From the NCBI GenBank assembly GCA_051294375.1, contig CM119269.1, positions 16,233,010 to 16,297,009 on the forward strand: a DNA stretch of 64,000 bases. The letters are read 5' to 3'. The DNA is from Paraspadella gotoi. Lineage: Eukaryota > Animalia > Chaetognatha. The position numbers and the translations under genes were made by a program. The notes beneath the pieces were generated by a model. It did not search any database and was not told where the DNA came from. It saw only the letters and a list, made by a program, of their open reading frames with translations. Positions 28,636-40,464 of this stretch are shown one piece after another (the stretch's first letter is position 1; each line of letters starts with the position of its first letter).

Positions 28636-28808
28636 GGAAGAAATGGAAGGGATGAAGGGAAGAAATTAAGGGATGAAGGGAAGAAATTAAGGGATGAAGG
28701 GAAGAAATTAAGGGATGAAGGGAAGAAATGAAGGGATGAAGTGAAGAAATGGAAGAGATGAAGGGAAGAAATGAAGGGATGATGGGAAGAAATGAAGGGA
28801 TGAAGGGA
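28636..28808. repeat. 21-bp purine-rich minisatellite
   Basis: GGGAAGAAAT(T/G)AAGGGATGAA repeats about 8 times. Confidence 0.9.
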
Positions 28809-28985
28809 ATAAAAAAAAGGAATAAAGAAAGAATAAGATGAAATGAAAATAGTAGGAAAGATAAAAAATATTTGTTTAAAACAAGTTTTACGGCAAATCT
28901 TCACAAAATGGCACGGGATACGAAATGAATTATAAAAGTATTTTTTTTAATCTTTTAAACGGTTTGACGGTTTTTAGTTATAAAA

Positions 28986-29486
28986 GGTATGGCAGACATT
29001 TTTATCAGCCAACTGCCTGTACGCATGTACGGGTATCACGGTACCAGCACAGTCAGATTTTCGAAATTACAATCCATCAGAATGTAGTGATGTAATATCA
29101 CTACCCGTTGAATACGACGTCGTACTCGCGCACTGGGCTTACGCTTCGTCTTCCAATCGTCCCGGGCTCTAACCCTGGTCAGAACAATTCTTTCAAAAAT
29201 AGAGGCCATTTAAACCACTGTGCACACTAAGTGTGGGAGCTATCCGCACTGACAGGGATGCATGGCGACCCTCTCTCCTCTGGGTCACTTCAAGAACCAA
29301 TTTTAGGCATCGAGAATATCGAATATCGTGGCAACGCCTTCACTCTCGATACCGAACTTCGACCCGCAACCCAATGCTGGAGGAAGAGCGAAATTGATCA
29401 TTACCCATCAAGCGTTTGTGGCTTCGCTACCCATTGGGAGCGGGACGGGTCGGGACGGGACGTCCAACCCACATATGAAGGGGGAC
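28986..29486 (+). mobile_element. Possible truncated TRIM: LTR-like unit, PBS-like site, short internal region and purine tract
   Basis: It starts GTATGGCAGA...TCAGCCA (hairpin) and has a degenerate tRNA-Gly(TCC)-like 3' half, TCGTCTTCCAA..CCCGGGCTCTAACCCTGG, at about 29146-29180. CA|TGGCGACC is at 29263 and GAAGGGGGA at about 29477. No second LTR or TSD was found. Confidence 0.4.
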
Positions 29487-30404
29487 AACGATCAGATTCG
29501 ACAGATTCCACACTTTAAAAAGTTAGTCAATTTTACCGCCTGTGGAACTGAAATAATCTTTTTTTTCCTGATGCATCGTAATAGTGATATCTTTTTTTCG
29601 GGTGTAGATGTTAACGAAACTTCGTAATTATTGTCGTCGTGAACTTTCCGATCATCAGATAAGCAAACAACTATGTACCTTGTATATACAAATATGTAGA
29701 ATCGTGAAATAATAAAAATTTTCAAATTAAAAACCAGCCAGCCATGAACAAAAAAAAATCGAAACGATAGATTGGAAAAGGTTTAAACCAGAATGGAAAG
29801 CAAGGAACGGATAATTTAATTGTTTCTCAAGAAGTGTGTCACAATTTTGTTCGACAAAGAGGCGTAACGATAAGAAATCTCAAAAACCGTTACAATTTTG
29901 GGACAAAAAGGTTCGATCTCTCTCGTCCAAAAGTCGTCTCGTCGGTTCGAAGTTTTTTCGGTCGCGAGTCCGATCGAAAGTCCCTTAAGGTTGTCAGGTT
30001 CAGTTGTTAAAAACAATAGTAATCACAAAGGGTATTTATTTTATTGAAGATTTATTGACATCTAAAAACTTAAAGGAGAACCAGGCGTGCTGCAAAGATT
30101 AGTAATCATTGAATACGGCTGCGTTAGTTTTTAGTTTTTGCCTTAATTTGAGTGAGGGCGTCAGAAATGCTAACATTACAAAAATAAAGTTTAAAGGACA
30201 AGAAAAAAGGGAAAGATCATTGGTGAGCCCGACTTCCGAACACAACAGAAACACAACACTTTCAGGTGACATGCCTCAACCTGGCGATGCACTTTCCGCC
30301 AACAACACATCAGGCGACATGCCTCAACTTGGTGACGAACTTTCCACCAACAACAACAATTCACGGAAGAGACGCAAAAGACTTCTCCCTACGGGAGGGG
30401 GGGA

Positions 30405-30615
30405 TGTATGGTGGACTAAAATCCACCAACCGTTCATCAGCGGCCATTGATGCCAGAGGCAAGTCATTCGCCTCCCAACCCAAAGGTCCGGGGTTCTAGC
30501 CCGGTGGTCGCCTAGCAGTTAAGAGGGACGGGGCGCTTAACCCGCCTGTAACACGGTGTTACAGCCTGATCCAAAGCTCAGGGACTGCAAATATTGAACG
30601 GTTCTGTCACTAACA
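30405..30615 (+). mobile_element. Short LTR (TGT...ACA) containing a 73-nt tRNA-like module and preceded by a polypurine tract
   Basis: PPT GGGAGGGGGGGA (30393-30404) abuts TGTATGG. There is a 5' hairpin TGGTGGA/TCCACCA and an enclosing stem AACCGTTCA/TGAACGGTT, and the unit ends GTCACTAACA. A second copy starts at about 63962. Confidence 0.7.
30440..30512 (+). other. tRNA-Gly(CCC)-like pseudo-tRNA inside the LTR
   Basis: It has a 7-bp acceptor GCGGCCA/TGGTCGC, a D-loop AGAGG, a loop CT-CCC-AA with a broken anticodon stem, and a T arm CCGGG-GTTCTAG-CCCGG, over 73 nt. Confidence 0.7.
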
Positions 30616-30712
30616 CATAACAATAATTACTGTCTCTTCAAACTTAAAAAATGTTGTTTGGTGAAAATTGAATAAAGAAATATTTGATTGTTCTGATAAA
30701 AAGCATATATAG

Positions 30713-30936
30713 TGTGGCGAATCCTAAATTCGCCCCCCTATTGCTTGGTGAAACTCAGCTCGTCCCATTGGCTTGGACAGCTCAGTACTCGTTCACCAAC
30801 CGTGAGTTCCGAGTTCAATTCCTTCACGGTCATGCTGGTTAAAGTGTGATGGTGTCGGCAGGTCCAAAGCCCTGAGCGCCAGCTGTCGGGAGATGCCTCA
30901 CACCCCAGGCATCTCTCATGTCCCTTCGTTGCCATA
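30713..30936 (+). mobile_element. Structured solo-LTR-like element, family A
   Basis: Ends are TGTGGCG...GTTGCCATA with flanks ATAG/ATAA. A B-box-like GAGTTCAATTCC lies at 30811-30822. It is homologous to 13027-13252. Confidence 0.75.
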
Positions 30937-31080
30937 ATAACTGTAATTTAACTGAAAATGGTTTATGTTTTGTAAAAGTACTTTACGAATGTTAAACAGT
31001 TCAATCAAAAACATATCTACAGTGTTCATGCATTAACTATACACTAATATACAAAAGAAATTAACACTGGTGCTTTAAGA

Positions 31081-31972
31081 ATGTCCGACGACATTGAGGT
31101 TTGCCTCCACATCATTTGGAGATGTCTGACGCCACCTCCGCCGCCGATCAGTTTTCCCCCCCAAACATCCCGCTGCTTCAAGCTTGCCCCTCCGCCTCGG
31201 CCTCGAGAGGTTCCGGCCTCTTCCAGGTGCGCCCCCACATCCTCGAAGGAGTTTTCCGCGCGCTGAGGAGGAGGAAGAGGAAGAGGAAACCGACGACTCC
31301 GGTGCAAATGATGACGAGATAGGGGACTTCCACTAGAGATGAAGAAAGGGATAAAGAAAATAATAATAACAATAATAATATTAGTAAAAAAAATAAAAAT
31401 ATTAGCATTGATAATGAGAACGGCGCCATTAGCCTAGCTTAGTCGTTACTCGCCTCGATTTCGCCAAGAGGCTCCTTCCTCGACTCACGTGATTCTTAAC
31501 CTCACTCGACTCACGTTATTCTTAACCTCACTCGACTCACGTGATTCTTAACCTCACTCGACTCACGTGATTCTTAACCTCACTCGACTCACGTGATTCT
31601 TGGACGCGAAGGATGAGATTCTCGATTTCCGGATCCTCCAGCAGCTGCAGCATCGATTCTTCATCAACCAGTCCCGCGAGGGCTGCGCCGCCGACGATCC
31701 CCGAATTCCTCCCGACACTCCCCTCGTGGTGGAAGAAGCCGACGCCGCCGCCGACACCGCTGAGAATGAAGGAGGCGGTGGACCAAACGAAGACGCCGAC
31801 TTCTTCGCCAACGCCCGCCGCGTCCGGAGCGGCGTCGGCTGCATCGTCGGCGATCGTCTCTGCGATCGAAATGAAAAAGACGACGGCAGCGACGAAGGCG
31901 GACGGAATGTTTGCGACTGAAGACGAACGAATAATAATAATAATAATTCCAAAATCAACTAACGATGAGTAA
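31081..31972 (+). CDS. Possible Pro/Ser/Ala-rich coding exons, unknown product
   Basis: Two GC-rich blocks (31081-31320 and 31600-31930) are open in several frames within AT-rich surroundings. No motif was recognised. Confidence 0.25.
31479..31601. repeat. 26-bp tandem repeat x4.7 carrying TCACGTGA
   Basis: The unit CTCGACTCACGTGATTCTTAACCTCA occurs at 31479, 31505, 31531 and 31557, with a partial copy at 31583. Confidence 0.95.
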
Positions 31973-32929
31973 ATCGAAAAATAAAGCAGATACGCAGATG
32001 ACTAAAAGAATAGATATTGATAAAAATTGATGACAAATGACAATTCACCTGATCCAAACATCTTCTTCGCTTAAGACCCGAGTTGACAACAGAATTTGCA
32101 GCGAGAAACAAAAATATTTGCAATTTGGGAGAAAACTCGATTGAAAACACCAATCGATAAATTTTTTTTACGCTATAAGCAACATTCAAAGAAAAGGATT
32201 GACAAAATGGTCGCGTGATTCGTTATAAGAAACTCATTGATAAGAAAAAGGCCAACAACTCCGACTAATCAAAGAGAGAAAAAAAGACTTGTACTTTAGC
32301 ATTTGACTTGTAAGCGATTAAAGGGACCGACTCTTTTTTCACGTGAATGAAAAAAAAGTTTTGTTTTGACTTTTTCAGATTAGGATCTAAGGAAGTTAAG
32401 GCTACCGACTTAGATTCGAGGCCGTTGTCTTGACTTTCCTCCTGGAGAAATTTCCAATGGTCCGTGATACCTTTAACTATAAATTAAAATTAAAAACATG
32501 TTAGACTATTTGACGAATTTGATTTATTAATTCTATTAATTTATTAATGTAATAATCCTTTCTTTTTTCGTTGTTGGTGTATTAGTAGAGAAAGTTTTAG
32601 CATTTTACAACGAAACAAAAATAAATTCGTTGTAAAATATTAAAACTTTGCTTTCTCTACTTCTACTAATTTATTAATTAATTAAACAAATACTAATCTC
32701 CCTCTTTCGCTCTCTCCTTATTTTCTTTCTTTCCCTCTTCCACTAAGCTCCCTGAGCTCAGGTGAATCGCCAGCCCTCCCCCCTTCCCCCTTCCACGTGT
32801 CCCCCCCTTTCCCCCCGCTTCATCCCCGGTCGTTGTCGTCGTTGGATTCCAATTCGGCCACCGAACTGAGAAACGCATTCATTGAATTTCTCCATGTTTT
32901 CGCTCTAAACACGGGCGTCTCTGTGTGAA

Positions 32930-33029
<100 letters not shown>

Positions 33030-34784
33030 ATATTTTGACCTTTTGTTTTCTTCTATATTCTTCAGTGTTCACCCTGAGAAATCGACCTCCTTTGATTCGC
33101 CAAATCAAAATCCATCGGAATTTCACGACAAAAGAAAAAGAAACCACACACAAAAAAAACCACACAAAAAAAACCACACAAACTGAAAGGGATGTTGGCT
33201 GAAATGGAATGAGACGTTGGTGTTACTTGCGTTTGATTGGAATGGCGAAAGTCGAAACGATAACTGTAATATTAGATTAAGATTAATAATGTTAATATGA
33301 ACGTTGATAAGGGATGGATGGATGGATGGAATGTCAGACGATCCAAATAAAAATTACCAAGAAAAAACATTATCAAAGAATTGTAATGCCCATTGACGAA
33401 TCCTGATTGGTCAAGACGGAACCGTAATCGACCAATTAGTTTGCAGAATCATTGGATCTGTCAAACTTACCCTTACATGGTGGAATGAGAGGTAGAACAA
33501 CTAATTCCTATTTTCTGCTTTGTGAAATTGTCCGAAGTCAAATTTCAAGGTGTGCACTGGACAGTGGACACCACACAAAAAAATATATGAACAGAGTGAA
33601 TGAATTTGTAATAAATGCGATTAGATGAGAACCGAAAACTTTCTTCACTTTTCATTCTGTTGCTTCGCATCGATAATCCGAGAGGCGAACACTAAAGGCA
33701 GGAAAAAAATTGTCGAATTTGTTAGAAATGGTTAAAAGCCTCGATTCCTTTTTCCCAATTTTGTCAAGGGTCTTAAAAATAAAGTTAGAAAAACAACAGG
33801 GTTAACAGAAAAGAAAAAAAGAAGAAAGAAAGATGGATGGGAAAAAGCGAGAGACATGATTTTCTTCAACAAAAAACTGTTTTTGCTTATGCTTATAAGG
33901 GAATATGACTATGAGTCCCTTAGATGATACACTTCAAACTTAATGATGTTACAGAAGATCAAAACATATAATAAATAATCAAAATGATTTAATCACAAGC
34001 AATCACACCATTTTAAAATTCTCCGCCTGCAACCCGTTTTATTTCTCAACGTGCAACGTCTCATTTTCCCCGCGACAACCAACTCCCTCTCTTCAATTAT
34101 CTCTCACGCAACCCTGCGCGGACCTCCTCGCGCGTAACCCCGTCCTCGATCTGCGACGAATTCCAAATTCGAATCAAGAATCGAGAAAAAAAAAAAAGAT
34201 TTGAGAGAAAACAAATGTTTGCTTTTCTCTATTGATTTCCATCCCATCTTTTTTTTTCCTTTTTACCCTTGCGAGACTCAGCCGTCCCCATTAGACTTAC
34301 CACCGCGCACCCTACCATTTCCTTAACACGCCCCGTCGCCCTGCAACTCTCCCCCCACCCACGAGATTTAACCCTGTCCTTTCTCACCAACTTAACCGGT
34401 CCATGAATGGTTAAAGAAGACTAAACCCTCCCTTTCATTTCGGGCGAAGGTTTAAAATCGAATTGAAACCTTCCTTTTGATTTGCCTGAAGGAATGAATA
34501 GGATTACATCGTCGCATGAATTTTATCATAGATTATTTATTTTTACAATAAAATAGTGTCTGAACTCTCGGGATGATCCAACTCTGGGGGGGGGGGAAAA
34601 CAGATGAACATCTGAAAAAATAAGGAAGAAAAGAAAGAGAAGAAGGCGGAAAAAGGATTAAAAAATGTAGAAAGGAAAAAAGAAAGAATGAGGCGGGAAG
34701 TTAAATAGGTTTGATTTTTTTTTTCTTTTCTTTCTCGTTTTTTTTTTTTTTTTTTTTGCTCAAATTTCTTTCCCGGGAAATTCG

Positions 34785-34903
34785 ACGCGAGATGCGCCGA
34801 CGTCGGAGGAGCGTCGCCGACGCAGCGGCCTGCCGACGGGCCGCCGCCGACGAAAGAAGCCGCCGTCGCCGGTACTCTCGGGGTTAACGCGTTTTTTCGC
34901 ATC

Positions 34904-34935
<32 letters not shown>

Positions 34936-34944
34936 CTCTCTCCT

Positions 34945-34978
<34 letters not shown>

Positions 34979-35184
34979 TCTCTTCTCTCTCTCTCTCCCA
35001 CTCACTCTCTCTCTCTCACTCTCTCTCTCTCTGTATTTTTTATTCAGATTCAAAGTCTAAAAATGCGAAAACACGTGAGCGACGACGACGGGGTCATCGC
35101 CAGGGGTCAGCGGAAGCGGAGAGCGGAAGCCGGCGGTGGAAGCGGAGATTCGATGTGACGGATTTTTATTCGATTTCCCGGATG

Positions 35185-35233
<49 letters not shown>

Positions 35234-35235
35234 AG

Positions 35236-35287
<52 letters not shown>

Positions 35288-37149
35288 GAGAGAGAGAGAG
35301 AGAGAGAGAAGGAGAGAGACGGAGAGAGAGAGAGAGGAGAGGAGAGAGAGGGAGAGAGAGAGGATAGAGGGAGAGAGAGAGGGATAGAGGGAGGAGAGTG
35401 GAAGGAAGAAGGGGAAGGGAGAGAGAGTAGAGGGGTGTGAAGAGATGAAGACGGGAGAGAGAGAAGGGGGGGAGATTAGTTTGAGAGACAAGAGAAGGCG
35501 TGTGAAATGAAAAAATGTAGTAAATAAACAGAATGGAAGGTGAAATAGGGAACTTGAAATGTGGTTAAATAGAATGGTAGAACATATGATCCACTGGGTC
35601 CATAATAACACCTCGTCGGTGCACAGGGGAAGACCTAAAAGTTTATTTGGACTTTTTTTTTTCTTTTGATCTTTTGATCTTTTGATCTTTTTTCTTTTGA
35701 TCTTTTCTTAATCGTCATCATTTCTCGTCCATGTCACACAATGTACTGATTTATTTCGTTGTCCTCGTCTTCTATGTTGTCTTTGCTCTCTTTGTCCCCG
35801 TCGCTTTGGTAGTTGTCTTCATTCATACAGTAACTGCATCATCGTCTTCATCATCGTCGTGATATTTGTCTTCTTCACAAAAATAGATAGTGTTATGGGG
35901 TCGACGCAGCGGCCGTCATTGTTGTTTATGCTGTTTTAATGATGTTACAGTATTCCTCATTTCCCAGGTCCACGACTTTTACAGGAAAATTGATGCTAGA
36001 AAATAAGCTTGGTTTAAAAGTTTAAAAAACAAAAAACTTTCCGACACCCTTCCACCTCCGAATTACCCCCTCAACACCCCTCTCTGTCCCAAACTTGTCC
36101 CCGTTCGCCTTTTCTTGTTTTTCGCCTCCACAATCGAGACGGACGAATCCTCGGTCGCATTGGATTGACCGACAAGGGCGACCCCTGGGCGGCCGCGCGA
36201 CCCGGGCGTCGAAGCGGGGCGACCCCGACGGACTGGCAAGGCGTGACCCCACCCGTCGCGAGCGAAGGTCGACCCGATGGGCACGCTTTTTCGTGACCTC
36301 TATCCGTCCGATCCGTACGTCTGCGTAGCGCGCGGTGAGTCGAAGCCCGGGCGAAACCGGCGGCCTGTCCTGCCGAAAAGTCTGGACTTTGCTTCTTCTC
36401 TCTCTCTCTCTCTCTCCCTTCCATCTCTCTCTCTCTCTCCTTCTCTCTCTTCGTCTCTCTCCTCTCTCTCTCTCCTTACTCTCTCTTTCTCTCTCTTTTT
36501 TCTCAAACTCCTCTCTTTTTTTTTTTTTCAAAAGTTGGAAAAAAAATTATAGTAATAAAAATTAACAGCCTATTTATTTTAAGAAAAAAAAATTTTACAT
36601 CCAGAGTCAGAGAAAAAGAATTTCACATTAGTATTTTCCCATTTTTTGTGCTTTTTCACTAGAAAGTGATAGCAGCATATGATTGTTCCGTTTCTAGAAG
36701 ATTAATAATATTAATTAAGTGTTTAAAAGGTNNNNNNNNNNNNNNNNNNNNNNNNNAAAACCAAAAAAGAGAAGATGCCGAAGCTGAAGCGGTCGCGCGC
36801 AGACCGCTCGACGCCCGCAGGACGAAGAACCGCGCTCCGCCTAGCTCCGGGTTGACGCGTTGTCGCTGCCGTGCTCTCTCGTCTTTCTACTGCTCTCTCG
36901 TGCTCGGTTCTCTGCTTCTCCTCATCTCTCTGCTCTCTCCGTCTCGTCTCTGCCATGCACCACTTCGTGCACTCGCACGTCCGTCTGCTGCGTCGTGTAT
37001 TTTGTTATTCAGATTCAAAAAGTCTAAATGCGAAGAGACACGTGGCGGACGACGGAGGGGTCTCGCCAGGGGGTCAGCGGCAAGGGAGAGACGCGGAAGC
37101 CGCGTGAAGGCGGAGATTCGATGTGACGGGATTTTGATTCGATTTCCCG

Positions 37150-37196
<47 letters not shown>

Positions 37197-37202
37197 AGAG
37201 AG

Positions 37203-37250
<48 letters not shown>

Positions 37251-37270
37251 GAGGAGAGAGAGAGAGAGAG

Positions 37271-37315
<45 letters not shown>

Positions 37316-38349
37316 TGGATAGAGGAGAGAGAGAGGAGAGGGATAGAGGAGGAGAGTGGAAGGAAGAAGGGGAAAGGGAGAGAGAGTAGAGGGGTGTGAA
37401 GAGATGAAGAGGAGAGAGAGAGGGGGGGAGATAGTGAGAGAGAAGAGAAGGCGTGTGAAATGAAAAAATGTAGTAAATAACAGAAAATGAAGGTGAATAG
37501 GGAACTTGAAATGTGGTTAAATAGAATGGTAGAGACATATGATCCACGTGGTCCATAATAACACCTCGCTCGGTGCACAGGGGAAGAACCTAAAGTTTAT
37601 TTGGACTTTTTTTTTCTTTCTTTTGATCTTTGATCTTTTGATCTTTTTTCTTATTGATGCTTCTTCTGTAATCGTCATCATTTCTCGTCCATGTCACACA
37701 ATGTACTGATTATTTCGTTGTCCTCGTCTTCTATGTTGTCTTTGCTCTCTTTGTCCCCGTCGCTTTGGTATTTGTTCTTCATTCATACAGTAACTGCATC
37801 ATCGTCTTCAATCATCGTCGTGATATTGTGTCTTCTTCACAAAAATAGGTAGTGTTTTGGGGTCGACGGCAGCGCCGCTCATGTTGTTTTATGCTGTTTT
37901 AATGATGTTCAGTATTCCTCATTTCCCAGGTCCACGACTTTTACAGGAAATTGATGCTAGAAAATAAGCTTGGTTTATAAAGTATTTAAAAACAAAAACT
38001 TTCCGACATCCCTTCCACCTCCGAATACCCCTCAACACCCCTCTCTGTCCCAAACTTGTCCCCGTTCGCCTTTTCTTGTTGTTTTTCGCCTCCACAATCG
38101 AGACGGACGAATCCTCGGTCGCATGGATTGACCGACAAGGGCGCCCCGGGACGGCGGGCGCGACCGGGTCGGCGGGACTTGGGATGTGGCGGGTGCGACC
38201 CGCGGCGGGACCAGGCTGGGCGCGGCCACGCCGTCGCGACAGGTGCGACGATGGGCAGGCTTTTTCGTGACCTCTATCCTGCCGTTGCGCGCGCGTGAGC
38301 GAAGCCCGGCGAAACCGGCGGCCTGTCCTGCCGAAAGTCTGCTTGTTGG

Positions 38350-38390
<41 letters not shown>

Positions 38391-38415
38391 CTCTCCTCTC
38401 TCATCTCTTCTCTTA

Positions 38416-38446
<31 letters not shown>

Positions 38447-38682
38447 TTTCTCTCTCTTAACTCCTCTCTCTTTTTTTTTTTCAAAGTTGGAAAAAAATTA
38501 TAGTGTATAAAAATTAACAGCCTATATTAAGAAAAAAAATATTTTCATCCAGAGTCAGAGAAAGTTAGAATTCACATTAACTATTTGTCCCAATTTTTTT
38601 GTGCTTTTGGCACTAGAAGTGATACGCGAGCGATATGATGTTCCGTTTTAAGAGATTAATAATATTAAAATAAGTGTAAAGG
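34785..38682. repeat. About 1.9-kb direct duplication across a 25-N gap, probably an assembly artefact
   Basis: 34785-36731 recurs at 36757-38682. The second copy differs mostly by scattered 1-nt indels. Confidence 0.85.
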
Positions 38683-38767
38683 GAATAAACATGTTTCACA
38701 GAATGGTGAAAAAAGCCTATGTATAAGTGATACTATAAGTATATGTACTATGTTATTGTATAGCTAA

Positions 38768-39437
38768 GGCGTAGTGAAAGTGTAGCAGCTCGAAAGATTT
38801 AAAAAGTCAATTATGAACAACATACCATCAGTGGAACATTAGTTTGTAAAAAAAACTTAATTTTAATGTTTGTTACTAATTTTCGCAGTAGGCTACTAAT
38901 TATATTATTTAGTATATAGGTACTATCCTTATAGAAATCGGAAACAATTTTCAAAATAGGCCTTTTCTTAATGTTTGATTGCAGATATTGAATTCCTCGG
39001 TCAAAAGTTAATAAAAGAAAACTATAAACATCATTTTTTAAAAATTACTTTCATTTAAGTGGTTAAAAAACTTAAAATAAACTATATTTAAATATATAAA
39101 GAACTTATTTTTCAAGCTTACAAAATTAGCTTTTCTAATTTTTGACGCGCACTTAAATGAAGGAATTTTTCAAAAGAATTTATGATTTCGTTTTTATCAA
39201 CTTTTTGTGACGGAATCCCAATCTGCAAAAATATCTTTATAGACAAAAACTGTGTTTGAAATTTAGTAACATTAACTTGGTTTAGTAGGCTAGTATAAAT
39301 ACGGGCCTACTGGGCGTAAATGAAAAAATTGATTATAAGTTTTTTAATTACATAAATGTTCATTAGTATAATGTTGTTTCATGTCCTCACGTTTTTGAAT
39401 TTAATTAAAGTTAATTTACGCAAATTGTTACTACGCC
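38768..39437 (+). mobile_element. MITE with GGCGTAGT termini and TTAA-like flanks (Kolobok-like), copy 1
   Basis: Ends are CTAA|GGCGTAGT...ACTACGCC|TTAT, with long imperfect internal inverted symmetry. It is homologous to 47544-48050 in the opposite orientation. Confidence 0.8.
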
Positions 39438-40430
39438 TTATTGTATACTGACTGCATGTATTACGACACACGATGAGACGCAGAAGCACACAGCTACCAA
39501 TATATTAATAATATCTTTAATCAATTAGTTGTTGAATTTTAGTATCAATCAATCTTGGTTCAATTATGTTCTTTCGTTCGCGCTGCTACTCTCTACAACC
39601 TAGCTGGGGTCTCGCGTCTATCCGACCAACCCTACACGCAAACTAGAACCGAAAACGAGAACACAAGCAAAATTACATCGACTATCTAACTGACTGTCAA
39701 TATTGTTTAATGAACCAACCCGAAATCACAACACACATTTTTTTCCCTTCGAAACTGTGAAACTAAGCACCCGCCTCTTTATCCAACCCCTCCTCATCTC
39801 CACCGGCACCCGACCACCACCAATGCCAATCCCTCTCAGCTCCATCAACTAGATTGAATGTCTTCTGGTGGACCTATCTTCAACCTTATTCATTAATTCT
39901 CTCGCCGTCGACGTCGTCGTCCTAAACGCCTGCGCCTTTGATTGGCCGGTATGGCTTCGTCGCATCGACGATTTCATGGTCGACACAGCGTCGGGGGCGA
40001 GAGGAAAACACTTTAACGGCTTCCGCAATCGGAGATGAAACGGGTTTGAGAGTACGACCGCAGTGACGTGACGCAGAGGGGCGAAGAGGGTTTTCGATGG
40101 CCGTTGAAGGACTATTTTTTAGGGTTTCTTTCTGGTTCCATAGTGAGTGGCGTGAAGAGGGAAGACAAGTGGAGAATTGAGGAGGGAGATGGGGAGCGGG
40201 AAGGCGAGAGAGAGGGAGAGAGAGAGGGAGTCGACGGTATAACCCTTGTGGACTTCGGTGGGTTGTCTGCCCCTTCATTCCAGTTGAGCTCAGAAAGTTT
40301 CTTTTTATTTTTCGTGGAAAGAAGAGTATTTGATTTGGTCACGAAGTTAGACGTCGCGAGGGACGAATTGGTGAGGGAATAACAGGCGGGGACTAGAGGG
40401 CGGAGTGATTAAGCAGGACGGGAATACGGC

Positions 40431-40464
<34 letters not shown>

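Noticed and set aside
30440-30512. Functional tRNA-Gly gene
   Set aside because: The anticodon stem is mismatched, the T-loop is non-canonical, no T-run terminator follows, and it lies inside a repeated unit.
31479-31601. CRISPR-like 26-bp repeats
   Set aside because: The units are head-to-tail with no spacers, in a eukaryotic context with no cas genes.
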